A DNA stretch of 40,169 bases from a virus. Taxonomy: Duplodnaviria; Heunggongvirae; Uroviricota; Caudoviricetes. The translations under genes were made by a program, and so were the position numbers. Positions within the stretch are counted from its first letter, which is position 1. Every line of letters starts with the position of its first letter. This document shows positions 11,475-20,981 of this stretch, in pieces. The notes under the pieces are model-generated. The model was not told where the DNA came from, did not search any database, and was given only the letters and a program-made list of their open reading frames with translations. The stretch lies in IMG/VR virus record IMGVR_UViG_2693429774_000011; one strand, given 5' to 3'.

Positions 11475-12805
11475 TGCACTGGCACCTTCAGAGGGATCAC
11501 CGGCACAAAGCCGGGATGCGTAATGGCATTACGCCGGATAATGTCCGCGTCACGCGCCGCGTTATCAAACCAGGTCGCCGCCAGCACCAGCGCGGGTAAA
11601 ACCTCATCCGGTGTGCGCTGAATGATCCGTGCAGACTGTTCAAGGCGCGTGTTGATATCCGCATTCAGATCTGCTTTCACCCGGCGCAGCGCCAGAAACA
11701 GCGCATCACTGGTTGTACGGGACAACTCCTTATCAATTGTCGTATTCAGTGTGTCGCGAATGTCAGTCAGTTCTTCCCACGTCGGCAGGTCAACCGTGTT
11801 TTTCACCGCCGGTGCATTGTTCAGTGCCGGATGCGTGACGGAAGGCCAGCCAGTGCTCTGCGCAGGTGTTGTTGCCTGCCCCACTGCGGAATTCTGCATC
11901 ACCGCGGAAGTTGTTGGCGCAGGCAATCGGGTGATGGCATACGCCGCTTCGCTGATTGCGGTCGTACGAAGGGTGCTGGCAACCACATTACGCTGCTGCG
12001 TAGCCGTGGCGGTAGTTTTACTGTCCGTTTTCCAGACGCCGCGCGGTTGCAGATCGCTGCCGAGGCTGACACCGGAAAGCGTTTTGATCATGGTGACCAG
12101 GTCGCTGGCGTTACCATAAAGGCGTTTCCCGGTACGCCACATTTTCTGCACCTGCTCAACGAAATTTTTGCCTGACGATGGCGGCGGCAGAAGTACCGAG
12201 ATATCCCCCTGCAACAGCCTGGCGGCATCCGATACGGCAGAATCCACCACTTTCATCGCATCAGAAACATACCCCAGCATTATGCTGGCATTACCGATAA
12301 CGTCGTTCTGCACGAAATCCGCCACACCATCGATACTGAAACCGCTGAAGCTGTCACTGATGCAGTCATCCAGTGCAGAACAGGATGACATCAGCGTCTG
12401 CGCCGTCGCCGCACCTGATGTGGGGTAAGAGAGTTCTCCTGCTTCGACAAACTTCAGGTCAAAGCGGACAATACGCCCTTCACTTTTCGATGTGCTGACC
12501 CGAACTTCCCCGTCAACACAGACTTTCAGCTCACCATATGTCGGGTGGACAAGCGTGCCGGGACCGGGTTTATTCAGCGCTTCAATCAGGCGATCGCGCT
12601 GGTCAAAGCAGTCATCTCCCACCACATAAGCTGTGATGGACGGGCGGAAAGTGACTTTTCCCAGATCTTCGGTATAGGGCTTGTCGCGGTTCGGGTATTC
12701 ATGTGTTTCCACACGGCGACCAGTTCCCGCACTTTCTTCTTCAACCTTAAACGGCACACCTCGAAATGACGCATCCTGAAGCCTGTCTTTCCACGTCATA
12801 TACAC
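11471..12805 (-). CDS. DNA circulation protein (Mu N / gp43 type)
   Basis: 444 aa, conserved N-terminal FRGVPF motif, follows the tape-measure gene. Confidence 0.7.
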   Translation of the reverse strand: MYMTWKDRLQDASFRGVPFKVEEESAGTGRRVETHEYPNRDKPYTEDLGKVTFRPSITAYVVGDDCFDQRDRLIEALNKPGPGTLVHPTYGELKVCVDGEVRVSTSKSEGRIVRFDLKFVEAGELSYPTSGAATAQTLMSSCSALDDCISDSFSGFSIDGVADFVQNDVIGNASIMLGYVSDAMKVVDSAVSDAARLLQGDISVLLPPPSSGKNFVEQVQKMWRTGKRLYGNASDLVTMIKTLSGVSLGSDLQPRGVWKTDSKTTATATQQRNVVASTLRTTAISEAAYAITRLPAPTTSAVMQNSAVGQATTPAQSTGWPSVTHPALNNAPAVKNTVDLPTWEELTDIRDTLNTTIDKELSRTTSDALFLALRRVKADLNADINTRLEQSARIIQRTPDEVLPALVLAATWFDNAARDADIIRRNAITHPGFVPVIPLKVPVQ

Positions 12806-12807
12806 TC

Positions 12808-12841
12808 CGAAAATAAAAAAGCCACCTATTAGAAGGTGGCC
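12808..12841 (-). terminator. intrinsic terminator after the tail-module moron
   Basis: GCCACC / GGTGGC stem with T-run on the minus strand (A-run on plus makes it potentially bidirectional). Confidence 0.6.
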
Positions 12842-12860
12842 TTGTAATGAATTTTATTAA

Positions 12861-13391
12861 TTAGCGAGTCAGAAACAACGAATCTTTATACTTTTGCTGT
12901 TGTTCATTTAAATACTTAGCTGTTTCATCGCTGGCAAATGGAAATATTACCGTATTTTTAGGCATGGTAATTTCTTTTTTGTCCAGCGTCAGAGTAAACA
13001 TAGGAACATACTGAGCAGAGTAACGCACCGCAGAAACGAGCTCTAGTTTAGACTCTTCAATAACACTTAAATTATCCAGGCTAACTTTCTCTTCATCTTT
13101 TTTCTTTGACGCATTTAAAGTTTTTATTACTTTATTTAATTTCTCCTGAAAATCCTCCTTAAAGTTTTCAGGATTGCCGTCGACAACAAGAATCTGTTCA
13201 CCCTGATTATCTGGAAAAATAATCTTTGCACTTATCAATTTATTTTCTTTATAAACATCACCAAGTTTTATGGCTCCTCCAGATAACTGAATAATATGTT
13301 CATCTTTAAAGGAGATGTTGCCAGAGATTATGAGAGATGAAAAAATAGCCGCTGCTCCAAGAATTACACTTGCTGTGATATAGCCTTTCAT
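12861..13391 (-). CDS. secreted or membrane-anchored protein, function unknown (moron inside the tail module)
   Basis: 176 aa, N-terminal signal-like hydrophobic segment, Lys-rich, AT-rich island; own promoter and terminator. Confidence 0.6.
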   Translation of the reverse strand: MKGYITASVILGAAAIFSSLIISGNISFKDEHIIQLSGGAIKLGDVYKENKLISAKIIFPDNQGEQILVVDGNPENFKEDFQEKLNKVIKTLNASKKKDEEKVSLDNLSVIEESKLELVSAVRYSAQYVPMFTLTLDKKEITMPKNTVIFPFASDETAKYLNEQQQKYKDSLFLTR

Positions 13392-13426
13392 TTTTCGCCT
13401 ATTAACATTTTTCTAAATGTGCATTA

Positions 13427-13454
13427 ATTCTATCACTCTATTTATGACTTACAA
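13427..13454 (-). promoter_or_regulatory. candidate promoter for the tail-module moron
   Basis: minus strand TTGTAA, 16-bp spacer, TAGAAT, about 35 bp upstream of the start. Confidence 0.4.
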
Positions 13455-13482
13455 CCAGCAATACATGTGAGGGGAATCCTGG

Positions 13483-15315
13483 CTACCAAAATCGGGTATA
13501 GCCAACATCGTGATTTATATCAATGCCACTGGAGCGTGTTTCCGTAACCCGCATACCTGGTGGCATATTTATAAATGATACCTTGATCTCACCATCAACT
13601 TTTGGCGCGGTAGCTTTATTAATCATGAAGGGATTCGAGCCTGTGGCATCGGAGGCGTTGTTTGCCTGAGCCGGATCCACCGCCGGATAAGGAGTGTATC
13701 CCCGTGCCGGTATTCCCGTCCCATAAGCATCATAAGCACCCGCGCCCCACTGCGCAGAGTTAATGGCATCGACCGTGTCACCGGAACTGTCGGTAAACCA
13801 CTCAATAATTGGCTTCAGCTTGTCCCACATATCCTGAAACCACTTAACAACCGGCCCCCAGTTATTGATCACCATCCCCATCGGCGACCAGGCAAAAACT
13901 TTCTTAAGGAGTTCCCAGCCAGCCTCAAAATAAGGACCAATGGTTTCCCAGAGCTTCTTGAAATAAGGTCCGACAACATCCCAGTTAGTGATAATTAATC
14001 CCGCAGCCAGGGCTATCGCCGTCGCAATCATGCCAATCGGCGTCATCGACATGATCCTGCTGACAATGCTGATGGCACTGCCCACGCCCATCAATCCCAG
14101 TTTCAGAATCGCAAGACCGGCAGCAAGCCCGACGACGCCGCGAATAACCCGGGGATTTTCATCCGCAAACTTCGTGAATTTTTCCCCCAACTCCCCCAGC
14201 CATTGCGTGATATTTTTGGCGTCACCAGAAAATGCGCCGCCAATAGCCGCAAGGCCGTTAGTTGCGGTCCCCGTCATTGCCTCCCACAGGTTGGACAGCG
14301 TACCAAGCTGTGCCTGAACACGTTTATTCAGGCTGGCCTGTTTATTCATCTTTTGCTGGATCTGATCGTAACCATCCTTTCCTTTATCGATCAGCGCATT
14401 GACCACCTGAAGGGTTTCGGCATCATCACCAAATATTGCCTTAAGTACACCTGTTCGCTTAACGTCGGTAAGTTTTCGCAGCTTTGCCAGTTGCTTAAAC
14501 ATGTTATCAAGACCGCCAAAACTTCCTTTGCCGTCAGTAAAATCGAGCTGTACCCCGAGTTTCTGACGGGCCATAACTTTATTGACGTCCCTGATTTTCT
14601 TAACGCTTAATCCGGACTGGATAACTTTTCGCAGGGCATTACCTGCCGACTCCCCGTTCATCCCCATCTGATCCATCATGACGCTGATGGGGGCAAGGCT
14701 CTGTGCAGCCTGAAGACCGTCCTTGTTCACCATCTTCAGAACAGAACTGGTTTTAGTGAAGAAGGACAACATGTTGGTATCGTCAACGCCCAGATAAAAC
14801 GCCTTCTGGATAGTGTCGAACAGCCCCATCATGTCTTCTGACGCCGTTCCGGTAGCATCCTGCATCTTTGCAGCAAACTCAGCAGCCGCTTCCGGTGTTT
14901 TTTTCAGTTGTACCGCAAGATAAGCTGTCGCTTTACCCACACCGCCAAGAATATTTTCTGCCGGGATCCCCTGACGCACCAGCATCTGCATCATGTTCTG
15001 GAAATCAGCCGTTGTACCGGGTAGCTGGTTACCCAGGCCAATAGCCAGTTTATTGATGTCCTGAAAGCTCTTTCCGACCTCGCCGTTCGCATCCATCATG
15101 GCGACTTTCAGCCCGGTGGCGGCGTTTTCCTGATCGGCATAAGATTTCAGGGAAAGCGTCAGACCCGCTGCCAGTCCGCCACCAAGCGCCAGCCCACCCT
15201 GTGATGCTTCTTCCGCCTGGCGTTTAAATCCCCGGATTTTCTTTTGCATTTTCGACAGCGCGGGAGAAAGTCTGTCGACACCGGTGATCAACGCCTTAAG
15301 CTCAAATTCAGCCAT
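13483..15315 (-). CDS. tail tape measure protein
   Basis: 610 aa, Ala/Gly-rich helical N-half with hydrophobic segments, follows the chaperone frameshift pair. Confidence 0.85.
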   Translation of the reverse strand: MAEFELKALITGVDRLSPALSKMQKKIRGFKRQAEEASQGGLALGGGLAAGLTLSLKSYADQENAATGLKVAMMDANGEVGKSFQDINKLAIGLGNQLPGTTADFQNMMQMLVRQGIPAENILGGVGKATAYLAVQLKKTPEAAAEFAAKMQDATGTASEDMMGLFDTIQKAFYLGVDDTNMLSFFTKTSSVLKMVNKDGLQAAQSLAPISVMMDQMGMNGESAGNALRKVIQSGLSVKKIRDVNKVMARQKLGVQLDFTDGKGSFGGLDNMFKQLAKLRKLTDVKRTGVLKAIFGDDAETLQVVNALIDKGKDGYDQIQQKMNKQASLNKRVQAQLGTLSNLWEAMTGTATNGLAAIGGAFSGDAKNITQWLGELGEKFTKFADENPRVIRGVVGLAAGLAILKLGLMGVGSAISIVSRIMSMTPIGMIATAIALAAGLIITNWDVVGPYFKKLWETIGPYFEAGWELLKKVFAWSPMGMVINNWGPVVKWFQDMWDKLKPIIEWFTDSSGDTVDAINSAQWGAGAYDAYGTGIPARGYTPYPAVDPAQANNASDATGSNPFMINKATAPKVDGEIKVSFINMPPGMRVTETRSSGIDINHDVGYTRFW

Positions 15316-15490
15316 GTGTGCGTTTCTCCTGCTCTATCCTGTTTGCCTGACTGACCAGCAAGGGAATTTCACTGATCGGCATATTCAGCAATTCGAAGGG
15401 ATTAATGCGCCAGTAACTGGCGCAGTCAAAGAAGCGATCAGTGAGGTATTCAGCCGTCAGGCCTGGAGGAAAAAACCGGCCACAAGCCAC
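15308..15490 (-). CDS. tail assembly chaperone frameshift extension (-1 frame)
   Basis: slippery heptamer T-TTT-TTC (plus-strand 15469-15475) three codons before the chaperone stop; -1 frame stays open to 15308, overlapping the tape-measure start. Confidence 0.55.
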   Translation of the reverse strand: MACGRFFPPGLTAEYLTDRFFDCASYWRINPFELLNMPISEIPLLVSQANRIEQEKRTHG

Positions 15491-15726
15491 GCCGCTGCAT
15501 TCAGGTCTGCCGGAGACATCTGGTCGACAGAGCTTTGCGGCACTTTCGCCAGCCGCACAATGTATTTCGACACCACATGCGCCAGAAGTCTGACGGACTC
15601 ATCCTGATTCATCTGGTAGGGATACCCCAGCTCGCGGACATCCTTCCCGGTGGGTTCATCAAACTCCAGTACGGAAAGTGTCTCACCATGAGCGATAATC
15701 GGTTTCTTTAACTCAAGCTCTTTCAT
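15457..15726 (-). CDS. tail assembly chaperone (short form)
   Basis: 89 aa between tail tube and tape measure. Confidence 0.7.
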   Translation of the reverse strand: MKELELKKPIIAHGETLSVLEFDEPTGKDVRELGYPYQMNQDESVRLLAHVVSKYIVRLAKVPQSSVDQMSPADLNAAAWLVAGFFLQA

Positions 15727-16082
15727 TACTGGTAATCCCCTTCTTCACCGTGGAACTCAAGATCAACCGTGCCTTCTTCGGCATTATGGTTCGCTTCGCC
15801 GTGCAGCCAGGAGGACGACAATACATAGACCTGACCGTTCGCCAGCTCGGCAGTGATGGTCATCTCATCAGACGAGGTGATTTTGCTCACCGGAAAATTC
15901 TTCGGCACCTTGAAGGTCCCTTTGACATAAGGCGCACGGTGAGTTTCCTTGCGGTCCACTGAACCGTCCAGGCCGATGATGTCATCATTGACCGTCCTGT
16001 TCATGGGCACCTCAATGCCGCCGGTCAGCGATAGCTGCTGACCGTCAATTTTGAAATAACAGGTTCCCCCGATACGGGCCAT
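15726..16082 (-). CDS. tail tube protein
   Basis: 118 aa directly downstream of the sheath gene. Confidence 0.8.
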   Translation of the reverse strand: MARIGGTCYFKIDGQQLSLTGGIEVPMNRTVNDDIIGLDGSVDRKETHRAPYVKGTFKVPKNFPVSKITSSDEMTITAELANGQVYVLSSSWLHGEANHNAEEGTVDLEFHGEEGDYQ

Positions 16083-17578
16083 TATGCAGACTCCTCTGAA
16101 TACTGAAGACGGAACTGGTTAACCACGGCAAAGACACGCAACTGGTTAACATAGTCAGGCGGGAACAGCGTGTTCAGGCGGTTCGGATCGCTGGCATCAC
16201 GCTCCACAACCAGGTACTGCTTAAACAGTTCGTAGTTTTCCACGATCCCCGCACGCTCAAGCTGACGGTAGGTTGCCAGCAGTTCCCCTTTGATCACCGC
16301 CGGTGTGACAATCGCCTGACCGGGACCAAAGCGGGTACCGTCGCTGGCAAGCTTGTGACGCCCGTACTTACTGGTAATGACGGATTTCAGTTTGCGCAGC
16401 ACATACGCGCTGGTATGCAGCGTCTCGCTGTCGAGGTAGCTGTTATCCGCAACACCGTAAGCGTTTTTCCTGTACGTGGTGACATCACGCTGAATGCGCA
16501 GCACCCCGCTTTCGACATACGCCGTTGCCACGCCATGAGATAGCAGGGTCTGTTGTTCGGTCATCGTGAACCGTTTCCCCTTCGGCGCAGGCAGCATCCC
16601 CACCAGCTCACCGGTCTGCGTGGGACGTGCCGGATCGTTGCGAATAAACACCGCTGCGCGGGCGGTACGGCTTGCCGCCAGCTCGTCGGCAGGCGTCTGG
16701 GTCTCTTTTTCGTATCCCGCCAGGGTAATGTGCTGCTGGTTAAACTGGTCACCTGCGGTCACCAGTTCTGACAGCGTGCCGATCTTTGCCGTATACACAT
16801 GACCATACAGCTGACGCGCATAGCTCCAGCGACCGCTGGTATCGTTCATCTCGGTCACCAGCGTGTTAACGGAGGCCGTGTCGTTGAACGGCAGGCCGAT
16901 ATAATCAAACGGCTCATCCGCCATTGCAGCCACCGCGCCGGTGAGAACAGGAGCGCCCGTTCCGGCGGTACCCGTCGCCACGGCAATCTGTACGCCCGCT
17001 GGCAGCACTTCGCCCCCACCAAAGCCGTAGTAATTGAGGCTGACAGGAATTTCATTCCCGCAAAGCCCCTTATGACGCGCGGTCAGTGTGACCACGCCTG
17101 CCGAAGATGAGGCAGTAAACGGCAGGGTCGGAACGGCATTGATGGCATCCTGGATACTGCTGGCAATCGTCGCAACGTTATCGCCGTTGGTCACCGGTGC
17201 CTGCACGCGGGTACGTCCCACATAAACATTCACCGTGCCGGTTTCGGTTGCCGCGCCGGTCACCGTCAGCGTAACCGTTGCCGCCGCGCCCGTGGATTCA
17301 GGAACGGCAATCACATACAGCTCGCCAAACGGGTCGGTCTGGCGATAAGCCTCAACCATACGCGCCAGCTGACTTCCCGCACCACAAATCTGGCGTGCAT
17401 AGTCTGCCGACGGCATCAGTACCAGACTGTTGGCAACAATCTCTGCACCGTTATTGGCATGACCAATCAGCAGCGATGCTCCGCTGTCCTGTGCAGTATT
17501 CGCCGCCTGATTATCCATTTCCGCATAAAACAGCGGAACCAGCGTATTCGACGGAATGGTGTTAAAGCTTATCGTCAT
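16082..17578 (-). CDS. contractile tail sheath protein
   Basis: 498 aa, gene order. Confidence 0.85.
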   Translation of the reverse strand: MTISFNTIPSNTLVPLFYAEMDNQAANTAQDSGASLLIGHANNGAEIVANSLVLMPSADYARQICGAGSQLARMVEAYRQTDPFGELYVIAVPESTGAAATVTLTVTGAATETGTVNVYVGRTRVQAPVTNGDNVATIASSIQDAINAVPTLPFTASSSAGVVTLTARHKGLCGNEIPVSLNYYGFGGGEVLPAGVQIAVATGTAGTGAPVLTGAVAAMADEPFDYIGLPFNDTASVNTLVTEMNDTSGRWSYARQLYGHVYTAKIGTLSELVTAGDQFNQQHITLAGYEKETQTPADELAASRTARAAVFIRNDPARPTQTGELVGMLPAPKGKRFTMTEQQTLLSHGVATAYVESGVLRIQRDVTTYRKNAYGVADNSYLDSETLHTSAYVLRKLKSVITSKYGRHKLASDGTRFGPGQAIVTPAVIKGELLATYRQLERAGIVENYELFKQYLVVERDASDPNRLNTLFPPDYVNQLRVFAVVNQFRLQYSEESA

Positions 17579-17732
17579 CGGTGTTCACCTTTTTATTCAC
17601 GCGCCGGATATCACCCGCTACTTCACGGCGCAGCCAGTAGTTGTTCTCGTCAACATTTCGCCCTTCGGCGGGCAAAAGGTCGCCGCGGGCAGGGTCAGGA
17701 ACTGACCGCCCTTTAACAGGTTTGACAAACAT
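17562..17732 (-). CDS. small hypothetical protein overlapping the sheath start
   Basis: 56 aa, GAGGA RBS, stop overlaps sheath codons 5-6; below the ORF-track size cut-off. Confidence 0.3.
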   Translation of the reverse strand: MFVKPVKGRSVPDPARGDLLPAEGRNVDENNYWLRREVAGDIRRVNKKVNTDDDKL

Positions 17733-17740
17733 GAGGATCC

Positions 17741-18301
17741 TCAGGAAGGAAGGGTTATTTCGGTGTGATGTTCGATATCGCCGTCAGGCCCGTTACCGGG
17801 CTCGAGATAATCAACATCAATCGCCAGCGTTTGCAGTTCATCCAGACTGTTCAGATCATCCTGCTGGCGGGTATCGTCTTCAGTCAGCTCGCTGATGACC
17901 GAAAAATCGAACTGATAAATCAGCTCATGACGATTCAGATCCAGCAGCGTGCCGCCGTCATAGGTAATCGGGTTACCGCACGCTTCCGGGTTCCAGCCCA
18001 GCAGGGCCTTAAAGAGCATCTGCCGGACATCGTCCACCACATCATACGAGGCAAACTGACCGCGCTCATCACGCCCGTTACTTAGTATGACAACCACGGA
18101 GAAGCCCTCTTTCAGCTCCTGCCAGTAGTCGGTCTGGCTTTTGTTTTCTCCCGGAGAGTCATCACCCGGTACCACATACGCCGCCGGGAGTCTCAGCTTT
18201 CCGACCTCCGGCAGATTTTTGAACTGTGCCGCGCCTGCCACCCGGTTTTCAAAATACGGGCAGCGGGCACGCAGCGCAGCAATAACAGGCGTCAGTTTCA
18301 T
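17741..18301 (-). CDS. tail-proximal neck / tail completion protein
   Basis: 186 aa between head-completion genes and sheath. Confidence 0.55.
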   Translation of the reverse strand: MKLTPVIAALRARCPYFENRVAGAAQFKNLPEVGKLRLPAAYVVPGDDSPGENKSQTDYWQELKEGFSVVVILSNGRDERGQFASYDVVDDVRQMLFKALLGWNPEACGNPITYDGGTLLDLNRHELIYQFDFSVISELTEDDTRQQDDLNSLDELQTLAIDVDYLEPGNGPDGDIEHHTEITLPS

Positions 18302-18804
18302 CTGTGTCGTCGCTCCGGCTTCAGTGATTTACGCAATTCCCGCGCCAGAAAATAGCGTGTCCAGCTGCGGTTCTTTTCAAGCGTTTCCACCATGAAGTTA
18401 TTACGTGGAGCCAGTCGCCAGCCGCTGCCACCGGATGCACCACGATGATGACTACGACGACGTTTTGCTCCTCCCCGGACACCAAAAAACAGAAATGCCG
18501 GATAGAAGTCACCAGAGATCATCCGGTTCCCCTTCCCGTTGCGCTGGTTAGGGGCAATGCGTGTCATAAAACCGGCTCGCTTTTTACTGGCTCTCGGCAC
18601 CATATAACCAATCGAACGAGCCAGGCGTCCGGTCTGATAACCGGGGTTTTCACCTGGTGCCGACCGCGCACGGCGCATCACCAGCCGACGGGCATCACGC
18701 ATATGACGCTGCCCAATCGTGACAAACGCCCGCCGGACACGGGCGCGGTTAAAGCGCATCTCGGCGGGCTGCTGAACATCAACGTGAAAAAAGGGAGTCG
18801 CCAT
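18298..18804 (-). CDS. virion morphogenesis / tail completion protein
   Basis: 168 aa, Arg-rich, position. Confidence 0.55.
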   Translation of the reverse strand: MATPFFHVDVQQPAEMRFNRARVRRAFVTIGQRHMRDARRLVMRRARSAPGENPGYQTGRLARSIGYMVPRASKKRAGFMTRIAPNQRNGKGNRMISGDFYPAFLFFGVRGGAKRRRSHHRGASGGSGWRLAPRNNFMVETLEKNRSWTRYFLARELRKSLKPERRHR

Positions 18805-19189
18805 TGCTGCCTCCGTGACTCTGCCTACATTCGCCCAGCTCCGTACACTCCAGCAGCAGAAAGCGCCGCGCCCCGTTCAGATCACGCTGACGTTTCACCC
18901 GGTACACACTGTCATCACAGACCACCTCATAATCAGCAGTGATCCCCCGGCGGTAACGAATGGTGATGTAATGGGTGATGGCGTCCCCGGTCTGCGCGGT
19001 TTCCTGCCAGGTGGTGGCACTGGTCTGGATAACCTTCGCCCATGTCCGGAACGTAACCGGGTATTGAGGCTCCACGCCAAAGTTATCCGCGGGCATATCC
19101 ACCCGCTGGCGGATCAGGACGCGTTTATTCAGTTCACCGGGGTCCGGCAGAATGTAGGTTGCGCTGGTCTGCGCCTGACGAATTTTCAT
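18779..19189 (-). CDS. head closure / head-tail adaptor protein
   Basis: 136 aa, position after the gp6-like connector. Confidence 0.55.
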   Translation of the reverse strand: MKIRQAQTSATYILPDPGELNKRVLIRQRVDMPADNFGVEPQYPVTFRTWAKVIQTSATTWQETAQTGDAITHYITIRYRRGITADYEVVCDDSVYRVKRQRDLNGARRFLLLECTELGECRQSHGGSNGDSLFSR

Positions 19190-19509
19190 TGCGGAAAGTA
19201 CCTGTACGGGCCGACAAGCCAGCCAAAACTCTGCGGCATGTCGAGTTTCTCCACTTCCGTAACCGACGAGCGGTTTTCGTAAAAATGGCTGATAAGCATC
19301 AGCATCCCCAGACGAATATCATCCGGCAGGTGCAGCCCGTCCGGATCGCTGTCCGGAATGGTTTCATCCGGTGCATAGAGCTTCCGGTTCAGATACGTTT
19401 CCGTCCGCTTTTGTGCCGCACAGGCCAGCAGTTGCAGATGGCGGTCATCAGCATCGAAATCCTCATCCAGCCGGAGTTGGGCTTTAATCTCTTCCATTGT
19501 CAGAAGCAT
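19186..19509 (-). CDS. gp6-like head-tail connector protein
   Basis: 107 aa with the characteristic N-terminal EEIKAQLRLD motif. Confidence 0.75.
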   Translation of the reverse strand: MLLTMEEIKAQLRLDEDFDADDRHLQLLACAAQKRTETYLNRKLYAPDETIPDSDPDGLHLPDDIRLGMLMLISHFYENRSSVTEVEKLDMPQSFGWLVGPYRYFPQ

Positions 19510-19511
19510 AC

Positions 19512-19712
19512 TCAGCCCTCTTTACTGGTCGTGGCTTTTTTCTCTTTTGCCGCTTTACTGCTTTTTGCACTGGTTCCGCGCTCTGCTAACCCGGCCTGAA
19601 GTGCAATCTCCTGCACCCGGGCAGGAAGCGCCCCGTCGTCATACTCACCGGCCCGAATGACCTCAACACGCATACCGTCCGGTGACCATTTCAGATCTTG
19701 TTTCAGGATCAT
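19512..19712 (-). CDS. small hypothetical head-module protein
   Basis: 66 aa with Lys/Ala-rich tail, tightly packed after the capsid gene. Confidence 0.45.
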   Translation of the reverse strand: MILKQDLKWSPDGMRVEVIRAGEYDDGALPARVQEIALQAGLAERGTSAKSSKAAKEKKATTSKEG

Positions 19713-19761
19713 GATTCTTCACCCGTCAGAACAGGGGGCGCGGTTCCGCGCCCCTGAGTGA

Positions 19762-20967
19762 TTACGCCGCTGCAATCTTCAGCAGTTTGATGGCCTGCGA
19801 ATCGACCAGCATCCCGCCGGTGCGCTTGGTGGTATAAAAACCGACAAACGGTTTATTGGTGTACGGGTCACGCAGAATGCGGGTGCCGATACGGTCAACG
19901 ATGGTGTAACCCCGTTTGAAGTTACCAAATGCAATGGCTTTCGCATCAGCGGCGATATCCGGCATCTGTTCGTTTTCAGCGATACCGTAACCCGCCAGAG
20001 AGGACGGCTGCCCCAGTTCCAGCCCCGGACGCCACAGATAGTTACCCTCGGTGTCTTTCAGCAGACGGATGGCAAACAGGCTGTTGTTGTTCATCATGAA
20101 CTTCGCGCCAGTGCGGTGTGCCTTACGCAGCGTGTAAATCAGTTTGATAATGGCGTCTGCGGTCACCGCGGTCGCTTCGCCGGATACAATATGCTGAAGT
20201 TTGCCGAACGCCCGGACCTTGTCGGTTTCATCAGTGGATTCATACGCCAGGAACCCTTTCGGCTTCTTGGTGCCATCGCCTGAGGTAAAGGCAATTTCTT
20301 CCTGTTCGGCAAATTCGGTTGCCAGCTCGCTGTTAATCCAGGCCTCCACGTTGAAGAAGGCATCGTCCAGCATTTTCTGGGTAGCCTGCGGGTTGCCGTA
20401 GATTTCCCCCATGAGAGGTTCAATCAGCTCCAGTCTGGAGGTGGCAGTCTGGGATCGCGTATCCGTTTCCCCCACCCATCCGGAAGCCGTACCGCCCAGA
20501 TTCACCAGTTTTTTGTAGTCGGAACCGCCAACGGTGATCACCGTGGCTTCCTGACGCATCACCACTTCATCTTTCAGCAGGTTAAGAATGTTGCGATCCA
20601 GTTCTTCCGGCACGGCGTAGCCACCGTCTTCATCGGTACCCACCTGCAATGCCTTACGCTCCAGATCGCGCAGACCGTCTTCACGGCCTTTACGTAGAAA
20701 GCCCACAAACGCCTCTTTATGCTCGGTGGCCAGTTTATTTTGCGCTCCACCTGCCGGACGTTTCAGCTCAAGCAGCTCTTTTTCAAGGTCGCTTTTGAGA
20801 TTTTCCAGCTCGCTGAGTTTCCCGTTCAGGGTTTCCACCTGCCCGGCAAGCTTGCCTTTTTCCTGCTCAATCGCATCCACGCGCTTGTCGTTCTTTGCTT
20901 TGAAGTCGTCAAACTTCTGCTGCAGCTCCTGCGCGACCTGTTCGACATCTTTAATATCAACCGCCAT
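19762..20967 (-). CDS. major capsid protein, HK97 fold
   Basis: 401 aa, N-terminal coiled-coil delta-domain-like region then capsid body; follows the prohead protease. Confidence 0.85.
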   Translation of the reverse strand: MAVDIKDVEQVAQELQQKFDDFKAKNDKRVDAIEQEKGKLAGQVETLNGKLSELENLKSDLEKELLELKRPAGGAQNKLATEHKEAFVGFLRKGREDGLRDLERKALQVGTDEDGGYAVPEELDRNILNLLKDEVVMRQEATVITVGGSDYKKLVNLGGTASGWVGETDTRSQTATSRLELIEPLMGEIYGNPQATQKMLDDAFFNVEAWINSELATEFAEQEEIAFTSGDGTKKPKGFLAYESTDETDKVRAFGKLQHIVSGEATAVTADAIIKLIYTLRKAHRTGAKFMMNNNSLFAIRLLKDTEGNYLWRPGLELGQPSSLAGYGIAENEQMPDIAADAKAIAFGNFKRGYTIVDRIGTRILRDPYTNKPFVGFYTTKRTGGMLVDSQAIKLLKIAAA

Positions 20968-20981
20968 CGTATTTCTCCTGA

